The notes below the pieces were generated by a model. It searched no databases and was not told the origin of the DNA. It saw only the letters and a program-made list of their open reading frames with translations. This document shows positions 49,293-63,325 of a stretch of DNA of 64,000 nucleotides, in pieces. The translations under genes were made by a program, and so were the position numbers. Numbering within the stretch: position 1 is the stretch's first letter; each line of letters opens with the position of its first letter. Origin of the DNA: Phoronis australis (Eukaryota > Animalia > Phoronida); assembly GCA_002633005.1 (NCBI GenBank), contig NMRA01000019.1:1069088-1133087 (forward strand), read 5' to 3'.

Positions 49293-52040
49293 ACTAGTAT
49301 CTGTCAATGACTGTCTATACCTTTCAGTTAACTCTAAATTCAATAGAGTGTAGGTGTTGTGTAAGGCATTGCAGAGGTGGTGAAATATGGTGTCTGCCCT
49401 GTCCGTGCTTGAATTGCCATGGACGTTACCAAGTATTTGCCTTTTTTATCATTTAAAGCTTTGCATAAATGTCCCATTAGGCTTTATAAAACATTCTTTG
49501 CAACTGGCATGATACCTACTCTGTTTGGCAGATTGCTGAATAGTGGCAAAGAGTATTCAGAACAAAAATAAAGAATTTTGTTCATACTTGCTGATTGCCG
49601 AGCATGTCCAGACTTCTACAATGTTTGGTGAGTGGGGGAGATGATGGTTGGAAGTACTACAATCGGTTTGTGTGCAAAACATTCTGTACTCCATCTGTGA
49701 TGTTCAGTATTACAGTTTATCCCGCGCCCGTCAAAAAGCAAATAATTTTTTTTCTAATTCTGCTTTAAGATATTACTTGTATAAAGCAACCTGATTGGTA
49801 TTTAGGTGATAAAGTATGCTTCGTTGGTGATTCACAAGAAGTCTTCTAATTTACTATTATTTATTGTTTTTCAAGTTTTTGCAAGAGCATATAGTCACTA
49901 GGTACAAGCTCGAATGTGACAGTTAGCTTTAGTCTCATTAGAATCAATTGATAATCTTATTTTAGTAGAATGTGATAGGAGTGGTTTATATAATGTTTGC
50001 ACCTATTTGTGAATGAAATTTAATGCTCTGACGTACTCTGATCCCATTGTGCTCATGTGTGGTATTACTGGGGCCGATATGATACAGCTGTTGTGCATTT
50101 TGCTGTTCCCTTTGATGTCCACTATGTACGTACAGGCCTATTTAACTTCAGCTTGGGAAAACAGCAAAACATTCTGTGAAGCTCTTACTCAGATTGTCAC
50201 CCATCCTTGATTTCCATTCGTCTTTCGAGAAAATCAGTAGGATTTGAAGTCTTTCTGAGAATTATGCCTCAATCAGGAGAGTTGACAGCTGTGGTGCTTT
50301 GTCAATGAAAAATTTGACCAAGAAGTGACTGAAGTGGATATTTCTCATTTCTTTTGTTTCATTTCTTACATCTTATTCAAACTTGCACCAAATTACTGCA
50401 GACCTAAACTCACTATCCGTCTTAGTAGCGTGCCTCTGTCCAATGACTCAAAAACTCCGCCTTTGGGAAAAACTTTTAAACACCCTTTCCTCACTCTCTT
50501 GAATGTCATTTTTTTCATTCTACAGATCTGATTATAATGTGCACTTACTGTATGGAGCTTAGAGCTGCAGTAACTACCTCACATTGGTTTTGTGAGAAGA
50601 TTTGTACTCTCTGTACTTATAGTTTTGCACATTATTTTAGTACTGATTGTGATGTCGCAAAAGAATCGATGCTCGTAGTTTTAAGTCTGGTCTGCCTGCC
50701 ACCTGTTGGCCACATCATGTGATGTGTTGACATTTATCAAAAATGGTGCAATTGGGCACATTCAGAAGATGAAAAAATATCCTATTGGGGTTTGCTGGTT
50801 AGCTAACGCAATAACGTACTTCCAAACTAGACTTCCCGAGAAGCTGGCCTGGTTTGCAGCGGTAACTATGCACTAGAGGTTGGAATGCGATTTCATCTCT
50901 TGCTTTGAGAGTATGCCACTCGTGTGTCATTTTAACTTTACAAAATAAGCAAATGTGCTGAGGCTGTCATTCATATAGAATATAGAACCCTTTTGTTCAC
51001 TTTATGTCTGAGATTTGACTTGGGTTCCCCCTCAGCAGGATTGTTGAATAACCGCAATAGATACAGCTAGTCTTGCATTCAAATTTAGGTGAAATAGTGT
51101 GGAATGGTGGATAGCATAACCCAACACGCTTTATTGTAAAGATCAACTGTTGCTATGTCAGTATAAAAATGTACATTGAATGTGTTGTGTTTTTATCAAT
51201 CATTCACCTGTACAATGTAGAGTGTGAGCTCCTGGCCTGGTTGCACACAGTACAGTCTACCATTGTCCCTTATGCAGTCTTTTGTCATGAACAATTATCC
51301 AGCAGTTAACACATCTGGATGTACAATAATTTACTACGTAAAATAACAAATATTTTCATTTTATTAAAATTTAATTTTACAACAATCATATGTAACGTAG
51401 TTCATCTCCCAAATTTCAAATGGTCGACTACAGTTTGTTTTGACAACACAAGAGGCACTGTTAGTCGATCACATTCAGGTGTGATACGTTTACAGCCCAT
51501 CTGTACCTGTGTTTAAGTATTAAATATTCCGTTAGCAAATAGGAGTGAATTGTGTTTAGTGAACTTCACAAAAATTAAACATTATGCGTAACCAGTGTAT
51601 CCTGGCCTCGGACCAGGTTGGGCAAAGTAGTTTAAGGCACCATTGTCAGATGATTTGTACACCAGTATGACCTGCACCTCACAAAGCATTTCATTACCCG
51701 TAACACAGTCAATTTGGTCTCTCAATTCCCTTAGATAGGCTAAGATCCATCCTTAAAAGTATGCATTAATTAAATTAGGTTTTGAATAAACGACCTATTG
51801 TTCTTCAATATGACTAATATTGAGAAGAATCGCTTGTGGTGACCTTGAATAAACCTAACAACAACCTGTGATTGTGGTCAGTGTGGCAAAATGAGATCAG
51901 TAATCCATATTCAAAATTGGCATACAGTTCAGTTGGGCCTGATGTTTTTCTCAGATGACAAAATGTCCTAACAACTACAAACTGAGGGAAATGTAAATTG
52001 TACATGAATTTAAGAAACTACCACCTTTCCTTGCCAGTTA

Positions 52041-55000
52041 TCAATATTTCTCTGCCATGATTGCCACAACTAGGGCTGACCATCCTGTGAATGGATGACA
52101 TCCCTTGCCCTGTCCAGTCTTGTCATCATACTGCTCCCATATGTAGCCTGTCTGCCTGTAGTTCTTCAATATATTCTGGACCAGATTCCGCCTGAGATCT
52201 GTGTACAAGTTTCGTGCCACCTCTTGGTGAGGGCCAGTAGTGTGTGCGTAGTGGTGCAGCGCTGAGCAGGCTAGATAATTGACATTGATCCAGATGGCGC
52301 CACGCCAGTATGGTGGATCATGCTCCGTGTTATACCTATTATAAAATTTGGAATTACGGGCGATCGATCGGAGACCATAGCTCGTCCATAAAAGATTCTG
52401 GTCCCTCATATCCTGCAGAATTATTCCTAATTTCTCTGAGGTAGGTTCAATGATTTTCAACAGTAATGGAAATAAACTGACATATCCAAAAGAATCAATA
52501 AATCTATACTTGGGCTCTTCAACCACATAACGTATTTTGTCTTGCTGTTGAGGAGGAGGCCTCTGACCTGGTTTTGGTTGTGGGGGAGGCGGCCGTTTGA
52601 GCTTGCAATTGTCTGTGTGTAGACCCCAATCCGCGTACATCTTGGTCTTGGGAGACCAGTGTAGTGTGTTGAGCAGATCATTATCTGTGAGGTAACGATG
52701 TGTGGACTCATAGTCATCCGACGATTCACCTAATGTCTTGGCAATGTCTGTCATAACACCTGAATAAAATGAATCATTTGGAGTTATAAAACACTGACTA
52801 CTTCCCAGGATAGGACACGCACAACAACAAGGCAAAACTAAACAACAAATTAAAGGAAGTTTTGAACCATAACAAAATTACGCTTACATCTACCTAAAAC
52901 GTGGACTCCTAGCAGACAAATCATTGGTCTCACCTGACGCCAGCGCCATCCAACAGCGGAGATCAAGGTGACGTTCATCGGCAGTGGGATGAGATGCGCG
53001 CGGATAGTCATCCAAACCCGATGTCAGAGTCTTTGGGTTCAGCTCTTTGAAAGCATCGGGATTTCTTCCACGCCAGTGATATGTGAATGGAGCGACACCT
53101 ATTTGTGTCGTGTTGAACCAATTAAACCACCTCTTGAGCCGAGGGAATATATTTTTTAGATACATCTTATCTCTTGGCTTAGCACTGTTAATGAGATCCT
53201 TGACAATGTGTTGGAGAGGCAGGAACAATGTTGGTGGATTTGCATTCTCATTTTTCTGCACAACAAACTCTGCAGGTACTTTAGCACGAGCCTCTGCACC
53301 AAGGATCTGCTCCCTGGGTATCCAGCCGTCGACGTTCATCAAATCTAGCCAATGTCCAACAATGTCCATGGAGATCTCCTGATCCCAGGTACGGATCAAA
53401 ATGTTGTGGAATCCTTCATCCCACAAGAAGCCTCTCGGGAAAAAAGATCGTGATGGAACGCCAGAGTACAATGGAGCTGCCCAATAGGGCACAGGTTCTT
53501 TGTTGTATTTCGATTGCACTGCCGACTGTCCATAAAAATATCCAACACCGCCAATCATATTACTCAAAGCAGCACGGGCCATTATGATTTCCTCTCTCTG
53601 GTAGCCTTTCTGTTCCAGTGCGAATAACTGATTGAACTTCCCTGTGAAGGCAGATACCTTTTCACCAAACAGCTTATTGAATTCTTCCCCAATTAGCGGG
53701 TTGGGGCGATCTCGTACACTCCCAGAGAGGAACTGTACCTCCATAGTAAATGGGAGAGAGACAGTGACCTGATGCATGATAAAGTTGGGGCGCGCGTCTC
53801 CGTCTTTTGGGAGAACCTGGCCACCAAGAGCAACATAAGACGGTGGAGATCTTTCCTTCCACTGCTTCATGGTCATACCTGAAACAGAACATAGTTGACA
53901 CAAAGGGAAACAAGTCATAAAACTTTGATTCACTTCACCAGCCTATGGGCCAATGCAAACGTATACCCACGAGTTAACCTATTTGCCTCAACTGAACGAT
54001 AGATGAGCCGACAGCTCACGTCAGGGTGTGAAAATACAACAACAATGTTCTGGCCACTAGTTATATAGAATTCAATTGTTCTTGTCTTGACACGAGCTGT
54101 CTGCTCAGCTTTCGATCACTTTGGAAATACAGCAATTGAATGAACTAGCCACTGGTTCATTCAATAGTTCTCAGCTTGTCGTGATTTGTCTTCACAGCTA
54201 TCGTTCACTTGAGACAGACAGCTCAGTTCATAATTCTCCCCACCTACAGTGGCCCTACAATACAGGCTTGTGAAGCATAGTCACTTACAACTTTTCATTT
54301 TGCCACTCATTTTGCCACTCAAAATTACACCTTTCCTCCTGCTTCCAATACTTGACATTATCAATGCATTGCAGCTGAATGCCATGTTAAGCTTCTATCA
54401 ATATGTTCCCGCATGAATGATACGCTAAGCTTGTTATGTCACACAGACCTTTTTCAAACCTAGAATGGCACGAATAAAACATAAATCTTATTTCGTTGAT
54501 GAAATAGTTGCAGTTGCTAAAACAAATAATTTCATCACACTCATTCAGGCTACCTAAACAACACGCTATCATGGTCACCTAGTTTCTTTCTCAGTTCGTC
54601 GACTCAAAAACTCCAGGCCACACTCTCAAGCACAGTGAACCATCTGCCAAACACAAGGCCAGCCTCAAAGCTTAGGGACCCAAAAAATCAATCTATGCTC
54701 GCACTCAAAAACACTGTGCACGGATTCCAGGCATTCATGCCGTGATGGGTGGTAAGAGGGACATATTTGTGTGTTGGTGATATATGCTTATGGTATGTGA
54801 GTGTTGCAGAGTCAGTACTGGGATCGTGTTTATGAACTACATAACAATTATAAGAAATTCCATGCATAGATATTCATTTCTAAACTCATTTATTGTTGGC
54901 AATTTTTTGTTAAAAACATTAATTGCTTTGTCTAATTAAAATGCCAATCAGGCACTAAGTAAATTCCTTGCAAAACTCAAAACATAACATAGAGCTAGAA

Positions 55001-58000
55001 TAGCATGCGCAGACCTCGAGTCACTTAACAACCTGACAAAAAAATCTGAAAACCCTTTTTCAAATTAATAATGTAATTGCACCCAAAATAAGTACGCTCA
55101 ACCATGCAAAGTGGGAAAGTAAACTCTATTGGGATTTTCTACAGTTTTTCACTAACAGGCTCCTCAAGCAAATTCCCATGGGTCTATCTTTGGAAATATA
55201 GGCCATGAGGGGAGCAAAAATGATTTAAGGGCCACTTATGATTATGTAAGGCCTTATAGACATGTGTCAGCTTTAATAAAAAAACATTTAGAAAACTGTG
55301 TCTGGTTTAAATCACTTAAGTTCACAGTATCGGAAAGTGAAAAGACTGTAGATTTTGATTTTAGACTTTTACACAATCTGTGTCTTCTTGGTAAAAGTCA
55401 AAAGCAATGAAATTAATATTATTAAAAGATGACCAAATTCAATTTGATAATAATAAATGTTCAAAACGAAATTTCAAAAATGCTTTACAGTTTTCTAAAT
55501 CATCATTTGTTTTTGTTTCCTGCAACTTGTTAAAATTTTTTTTCTTGATATCCCTCGTGCAAAAATGGAACATTTTAATCAGAATTCCTAAAAACGTTTT
55601 GGAAAACAGTGCATAAACCACAGTATCCAAAAGTTTCAAATGAACTCATTAAGTCATTTCTGAGATGTGATGGCCAGAAGACATCCAAATTTGGAATTTT
55701 TGTAGGGTCCTGCATAACCTCAAAGAGTTAATAAACTATACTCACCTCTCAGCACAGCATCATTCAGCTTGTCCAAACCACTAGCCTGAGTGACCAGGTA
55801 GTTAGATGCCTTCAGGTTTGATGTCGACTTGGGGAACTCTATCTTGAACTCTCCTAACTCCTCAGTTCTCCCCAAGATGGTCGTCAGTCGACCTTTCTCA
55901 GTTCTGTAGTCTAGCTCTCCTTGACCATCAAGAGCTGCGTAGAACATGAGCGACACAAATACTGAAGAGTTGTCCTGTACCTGAAACAAACACGTATATG
56001 ATGAACGAAACAGGGGCACACAAGCAAAGTGGACATACATTTGTAGGTGAGGAGATACCACAAACAGACAGTATGCAAAAGCATAACTTTCCAGTCCGTA
56101 CATGAATTACTAAAAAAGCAACTTTACTTTTGCACTTTTGCACTTAACTGCTAATAAATTGACAAAATGAACATTTTCCACACACGTAAGGTTAACTAGG
56201 ACCTTAATAAACGACCTCAACTCGAAGTCAAACATCAAAAAACTATGCTTTGTCAATCATTAAAAGTATGTATTTTCTGAAAGGAGAAAGATCAAGGATT
56301 CTAAAAACATGCTTCTTACTACCTACCGTGTCTTTATTATTGTCACATGACCATGTTTTTAAAGTCAAATTTTCATGTGCAAGAAAGGTACATTCATAGC
56401 AAAATAACCCCCAAAAATTAGGTCCAATTCAATTTTTGTGTTTTCTTTGTTAGATTGTAAGAGAGAATGAAGAGAACTTTTAACATTAATAATAAAACCA
56501 TCTTTCTGAAATGCAAAACAACTTCAATTACCCATTTCATCGCACTTGTTTCTGTCTACCTTCATCTTAAATCCCATTCTTTTATAAGTCACCAGATATA
56601 CACCCCATAATTGAGAATTTCCAAACGAACCCTTAGACTTTTAGGTTACATTTCAGGTACAATTTCTTGGAAATTAGGGGTTAAAACAGAAATGGATAAA
56701 CTTTTCTTCAGATAATTATTATATTTCTGAGCAAACATCTTTATGATAAGGAAAGGGAACTAATCCTGTCATTAACTTACTTTTGGCACCAAAATATCTG
56801 CCTCTAATTAATTTAGGTCAATACCATTGTTCATCTCTGCATTCTGTATCTGCATTCTGTATCAAACACAGGGGAGGCTATGTTACTTTGCCTGCAATAC
56901 CTGAGGTAAGACAGAGAATTTTGCAGTCCAGTCCCCCCCATGGTCACCACCAGGTCTCTTAACGAAGTCTGTCAGAATGACAAAGTTTCTGTCAACGATT
57001 TCTTGACGTCCAAATGACCGCCCATCATGGTGGGTCCAACCATAACGATACAAGTTGTCACCTGGTGAACAATAAACTAGCTTTAATTTATGAGTGTGTA
57101 GATCAGCAACAGTTACACAGTTATCGTAACATCACACCAACGGAGAGGGGGTACTTACTAAGAGGTCCTAAATGAAGAATGGGTCCTGTTTCTGTCATAT
57201 GAACAGCAAAAAGCTGATCAACAACATGACAGAGTCTTGATGATAATGGTCCCAAGGGAATATCAGTACTGAATGCATCGTTACAGTTGGAAACATCATC
57301 TCATTAGGATGTGTTACTGAATTTCAAGCTCCTCATTGAAGTCTGGTGTGAAACGGTGAAAATTTGAACCTTAAAAGTTTTGAAAATATGCACATTTTAG
57401 AAGGACGTAATAACTTGTAATTTCCCATTTCACACAACCAGTTTGAACTTAAAATTGTGTTTGAATTAAGAAAATGGAATTAGTGTCCCAAAAATGTCTA
57501 GCAATGTTTTGACTGTGATGCTTCATCAGCACTAGTCTGTAGTTATGCAGATACATTACCCAAAATTCATTACAAAGGTTCAACTTCTTGCTGCATTCTG
57601 TCACATTTCGACAGTTCAAGGTTAACAGCTGAATGTTGACACATGCCATTTGCTTATATTAGGTATGAGCTGGTGAACAAAAGGTACTAGACACAATGGT
57701 CTGCAACAGATTATAGTGTCTTATGAGTTACCATAAAATGTTACAGCCCCAAAAAAGTTTACCTTGCTCGCACCAATGCCTAATAGGTGGAGCCCCCTGT
57801 ACAACCCCTTGAGTGAACCACATCAGTCCAGTCACAACGGATCGCGGACTACGCGTCTTCAAGCCAAAGTACGTTCCTGGACGATATGTGCCCCAGAATC
57901 TCTCCGGGTCAACGGCAGCTGAAGTTCCGTTCTTTGGAACAACTAACGCCCCCTCAAATGGTTGATGGATACGTTCCCTCAACATGTTCTGATACCAGAA

Positions 58001-58228
58001 ATAATACACGAGAGTCGGGGTGATTGTCATGATCAAGATTCCGATGAGTAAACCAAATTTGTCTAGCCCTGGTGGAGCTGCCTCTGATGACTTCCGTCGC
58101 CTCATTGGATGCTTCCGTATCTTGACCACAGGTGTCCCATTCTCCTCTTCCTGGCCTTCAGTGGGTGTGATACGCTGCCTGACATTTTGGTGCCCCGACT
58201 TGGAAAGTGAAGTTTTCTTCTTTCCCAT
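52041..58228 (-). CDS. MOGS: Mannosyl-oligosaccharide glucosidase (glucosidase I, GH63), 5 coding exons, about 841 aa
   Basis: Exons 57763-58228 (ATG at 58228; basic cytosolic tail, TM helix, FWGTYRPGTYFGLKTRSP), 56901-57061 (YGWTHHDGRSFG...HGGDWT), 55746-55980, 52934-53878 (VPSRSFFPRGFLWDEGFH, TLTSGLDDYPRASHP), 52041-52759 (YWRGAIWINVNY, WEQY, HPFTGWS). Phases are consistent; total 2526 nt. A probable non-coding first exon has a donor near 59643. Confidence 0.95.
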
Positions 58229-59879
58229 GTCTCCAGGTTTGGACAATCACACCAGTCCTGTTAAAATAATTCAGTCCGACCATCATACATGAGACATTTA
58301 GGGTGATGCATTGACTTCTAAGGAAATGACAATAAGTTAACGAGTGATTGGGATTTTCTTTCACTGCTTTTTAGCTGGGGGAACAAAACAACATTGCTTA
58401 CATAAGAAGCCTTGATTTTTACAGCCGACCTCTCTTGATAAAATGCTTTTAAAGAAAAATTCCAGACATACCTTTTTAGCTGATCGAATGAAGAAACAGA
58501 ACCAGAACCAGCACTGAACTTTTGTATGGAAAAAATCCTGATCATGGAAAATACGAAAAATTCATGTGATCATCAAGGATTTTTCAAAGATAGTTTTATG
58601 ATTCTGTCAATATTTAAATAGTTTATTATGAAATTTGATCTTTGGTGACAATGATTGGTATTAACGTTAAAAGTCTCAACTAAGATCAAATCTAACGGCT
58701 CTTTGGAAGATCTACATATTAATACAGTTGACCTTGTTGCATAACAAATGACTACACCATTGTGAATGATTAAACAAGCATGGGTTTTTGAGTCCCCAGT
58801 TGCATGAAATGAGTCCCAAATCAGGGACTCAACTAACTTCCCTAAATCGACTGCATATATGTGGACTTGTGAAAACACTGCTTCTTATATGCTGTTTCAG
58901 TTTCATTACTAAGTCAGTTTTTGGCTTTAATACAAAACAAGAGTGAATTCTACATTAGATTCTCAACATTAGTAAAAATAAGTAGCGAAATTTCCATGCA
59001 AACGCCCCTAAAATTAAGGAATAAGTCCCTATTTATCTTCATGGACCTGAGTGCTCAGATTTTAGCAGCCAGCTGTATGAAGACTGTCGTCAAAAAAAAA
59101 AAGAAAATATAATCAGTCACAGGAAGCTTACAATAAAGATAATATGATACTAAAATATTACATTCGTGAGTAAAGTCTGAAGACCGACACACATACGCAG
59201 ATAAGCAGATTAAATCTAGGGAGCTAGCCGGTTTAGTTAGCGTCCCTAATTTGGGACTGATTCTTGCAACATTGCAACCGGGGCCCCAGCCCCCAGTCTG
59301 TGAGATCCAATTTGATGTCCGTTATTCATTGGAGAAAACAGGTTGTCAAAATGCAACTAGTGACAGTGTGCCTACGCCATCAATCATTCTAACACGGCAG
59401 CAGATGTAGCATATGAGGTCTACGACTACGGCCACGGTCGCCACGCCACAGAGTACGCTGCGAACAGTGCGAATCAAGACGGAGCAGGGTCAAATTGTTG
59501 CCACGACAATGAAAGGAGGGCTTAAAAATGACTGACAGAGACTGCAAGCTCCATTACCATTGATGCCTACAACGTAATACAACTGTATTTTGCAAAGATT
59601 ATCGACATTTATCAACAAATTAGATCTACAAACTCACACTCACAAGCCACCGGTTGAACTCGACGTCGCCACCTTCAGGCGAAATCGAACATATGTAGAG
59701 CGCCACGCTTCGGTGTTCTCTTACAGCGCTCTCATTTGCTGGCCGGCGAGGACACTGAGTTGCCCCAGGGCTGAAGAAGGTATTTCTACGGGACTACTCT
59801 GTTAGTAGAAAGGGTTTGATAGATGGAATCAAAAAGTTGTTTAACATAACTGGCATGCAATCCCGTTTTCAAAATTTGA

Positions 59880-60522
59880 TTACTTGTAACATAATAGATG
59901 CTAAAAACAAACTATTTGAATACGCGAAACCGGCATTGGGCTGAATCTGTTGTAACTACTAAAACCCAAGTTAAGAACCTACATTTTACTTAAGCACGAG
60001 TTTTTAACTGAGCCGTATGCAAAGATTAATTTATCTCGTTCCGAGCGGTCTCTTCTGGCTCAGCTTAGAGCAGAAAATCTCTCATTGCACTTAGAAACTG
60101 GTGGTTATGTAAACACTCCTGTAAGTGCATGAATTTACTTTGCTTGTGTTAAGACTCTGATTCTGTGGAGGATGAGCACTTTGTGTTTGACTGTTCTCAT
60201 TATAACTCACGGAGGTCTATTCTGTTAAATAATGTTTCACTTCAAATCCCGAACTTTGTAGATTTCGGTAGATTAGAGATACGTTAAAACTGCTATTTCA
60301 GTACTTCCCTAGACAATTTGCCAAATACATCAAGTCTGCTTTTGAACTTAGAAACCGACGCATTTATCAGTGTTAGGCCTACATCTGAGTTGTGTGGTTA
60401 AAGTGACTAATAAGCCCAACTTGCCTGGGTTCTTATCTTTCTTACGAATGTTATACCTATAACTGTTTGGTTTAATTGTACTTGTCACTATAATAAATAA
60501 ATACTAATACTAATACTAATAC
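59880..60522 (+). mobile_element. 5'-truncated, decayed non-LTR retrotransposon (LINE, CR1/L2-group-like) 3' end
   Basis: Translation from about 59962 gives KPKLRTYILLKHEFLTEPYAKINLSRSERSLLAQLR...LHLETG, then after a stop and frameshift VEDEHFVFDC..Y...R, typical of the C-terminal region of LINE ORF2. It ends in AATAAA plus a (TACTAA)n tail. Confidence 0.75.
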
Positions 60523-61007
60523 ACGCAATTTCAGTAACTAGATCAATAAAACATATATCGAACTATTTCGGATGCCGGATTTTCGAACATATGTCAGTTC
60601 ATTCTCAACATAGAACTGTAGACCGATCGTCCAATTTGACCAAAACTGAGTAAGAGCGCGCAAGGTACGGCTATACTAGACTGCAGTTGGGGGTAGTTCG
60701 GGGAAACTCGGACCGGGCGGTAAAATTCGGATCAGCCGTGTTGACTGCAGGAACATGCACTGATACGCCGTAAAATGTAGCAATTTCGTAAGTTACATTT
60801 TACGTTGCTAGGCCCCTCTTAACAACTTGTTACATTTTATGTATTTGTCATATTTTACGTCGAATGCGAGAAATGTACCATTAATACATTTTACGAAAGC
60901 GACGTCATATTTCATGAGTTTGCATGGTATTTGTCACGCGGTGGAAAACCGTTCACGCACTTAACGCCTTCTTTCTCGGATTTTGTGAATTAAATTGTAT
61001 CAGTAGT

Positions 61008-61971
61008 CATAGGCGAATTTAGGGAGGGGCCAGGGGCGCCCCCCCTCCCCCTCTTTGGTTGCCACAAATAAATAAAACAGCAAGAGCGTCGGTAAATGTT
61101 GAGTTTATTAATTAACCCCGGTAATTAAAATTATACGGCTGAAACAAGATTTAAATGTGTGCAGTTTTAGTGTTGGGGGGGGGCTCAGATCCAATTTCAA
61201 GTGTCAAATTCGGAACACGGCGCAATCGTAACGGAACTATGGTTAAGTATAGTATATGTATAGGCTCTCCCGCGATATCCGAGGCGACCGGCAGTGGCGC
61301 TGGGCACTACGACTCCGTTTCCGTCGTCTGCTCCACTCTGCAATGAAGAAAATTACTTCATTTTTTAAAGAAAGTAGAATCTGAGTGATGATGAAAAAAC
61401 AGAAGCTGCTGGTAAGATGTCAATTTTAATCGAAGCCTTAGTGAATCACTCAGAAACTCATAATTCTCTCTTTGTCAAACCGATTTTCAAAGCAACACGT
61501 CATTATTGCCAACACAAAAAACGGATTTGGTCTTTTGGACAATTGAAGACTATTTTAAATACACCAAATTTGTTACGAACTGATATCACAAAATGTAAAA
61601 CTTGTAATGAGCATTGCAAAAAGAAGTAGGTTTCGCACGCAAACGCTGTGGACTATAAACAAGTAGGTCTCTTAGTAACAGATGAGGAGTAAAGCGTGCC
61701 TGGTGGCGCAGTGGTAAAGCACGAGCGCTTTGTCCGCCAGGTAGTGAGTTCGAGTCTAATGTACTTTCAGTTTTTCCTGTATGACACTTTCTCCGTTTTT
61801 TTTTTGTGTGTGTTTTTTTCTTGGATAATACTTCGGAAATTAAGGAAAATGCTTGAATTTTAGAGGAAAAAACCTAAAAATTTTTCCCCATTTGGTGCTA
61901 TACATACGTGCTTGAGCAAATGTTTACAGACAAAATGTTGCCCCCCTTGTGATATCCTAGATCCGCCACTG
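61008..61971 (+). mobile_element. MITE-like element (about 960 bp), longer member of the 13252-13564 family, with an internal tRNA-like segment
   Basis: Shares termini with 13252-13564. GTAGT directly flanks both ends. Internal box A (TGGCGCAGTGG) and box B (GTTCGAGTC) lie at 61698-61757. Confidence 0.55.
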
Positions 61972-63199
61972 GTAGTATCAGGTCGAATTTATAGATGTGT
62001 CCTCGTGTGCTTTCCATGTTTTTTAACATGAGTAGTTTTATGGTATAGTCAAAAATGTACAGCGTATAGTTTCAACTCCACACGAAAGGAGTTTCCAAAT
62101 TTTTTTTATTGTTAAAGCGTTCTTGCAATCTTTTGTTGATGACGCTCACAGCTTATAAACCAATCGTGTATCCGGCATTACAGTAAACACAATTTTCTTG
62201 GCAAGCACAACAATGACATCGTATTTGGTTAATATTTATCGTATGTTTTCGAACACTAACGACAATAACAACATTTTCACGCAGAATTCGTTTTCGGAAG
62301 CCAGTGTGATAGAAAAAAAAACCCGTTTTCGTCCGCGATAGTTCGGCTTATATCTGCCAGTGTTTTACTGCCTTGGAATCGTAGCTAATGCAGTAATTGC
62401 TCTGCTTCACACAAAGGAGCACGACCAAAGTTTCTGATGTCGACGGGTTCTGTCTACCACCTTAGTCATAGCGAATTACAATGTCTTAAAGACACTGTGG
62501 TGGAAGGAAATAAAAGTAAGCATTTATTTGCCGGCAGGTTGACAGATTTTGCCAAAGCAACAGCAAAATATCGCCTTTGAAAAGGGCCAGCCAATAGTTT
62601 ATAAAAGTGGCGACATAGTAACGTGTTTTATACACTCAGCTTAATAGCTGAAAGAAATATCATTGTCCCTATGATATCCAATCTGTCTGAAATAGTGGTG
62701 ACAACAACAAGTCAAACCGTAATATTTTGCACTCTTAAAGGACATGATAATTTGATTCAAACCTGGTGTAGGTCGATAGTTTAAAGGAGCAATAATCCAA
62801 AAAAGCTGATCGTGGGCCTTTTGGACGATAAAAACATGCACTTTCTCTTTTTATTATCTTTTAAGACAAAATATGAATTGAAATTGCTATTTGGTCAATG
62901 TTCGTTAGTTCGAAGTACATATAAATAAAGACAAAGATTGGGCATTCTATTATCAATGGACCTGAAGTCACGTGTCTCATGAGGCGCCATTTTGTGCTGC
63001 AGCTCGCAGATAAGGGAATTCGGCATTTTAACCCTTTTGATACATTGGCATTAAAGTCACTATTTCCTTTACTTTCGCCTGCTTAGATCACAAATTGAGC
63101 TTTGCCAATCGAAAGATATCACTAAAATTAACTCTTTTCGTAAATTACAGCCATGTACATACTCTCGTTATTTTACTATTAATTTTTTTAAATTTATAA

Positions 63200-63325
63200 A
63201 AAGTGGGCGGACCTTCAGCCAAACCTCATTATTTATGCGGGGTTGCCAGTGGAGAGATTACCCATAATGCACACGAATCAGCTGACGGAAGAGAAACATG
63301 TCAAGCACAAGCGGTCGATGTGAGT
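63200..63325 (+). promoter_or_regulatory. Possible promoter and short first exon of a further + strand gene continuing beyond the window
   Basis: GC box GTGGGCGGA (about 63203), ZNF143/Staf-like TACCCATAATGCAC (63259-63272) and CGGAAG, then AAACATG (ATG 63298) TCAAGCACAAGCGGTCGAT followed by the donor-like GTGAGT at 63320. No downstream exon identified. Confidence 0.3.

Noticed and set aside
52530-52600. Pro/Gln-rich loop in MOGS (KRPPPPQPKPGQRPPPQQQ)
   Set aside because: It is a low-complexity stretch in what is probably a variable loop of glucosidase I, with no evidence of a novel domain.
58229-58246. Upstream TTG start for MOGS given by the ORF track
   Set aside because: This is a eukaryotic gene; the first in-frame ATG at 58228, in good context after the acceptor at 58257, is the more plausible start.
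61698-61757. tRNA gene candidate
   Set aside because: Box A and box B are present, but there is no complementary acceptor stem or proper cloverleaf, and it is embedded in a repeat.
62955-63000. E-box (GTCACGTG) and YY1-like (GCGCCATTTTG) motifs as promoter elements
   Set aside because: They may simply be part of a repeat terminus and cannot be tied to a gene from the sequence alone.
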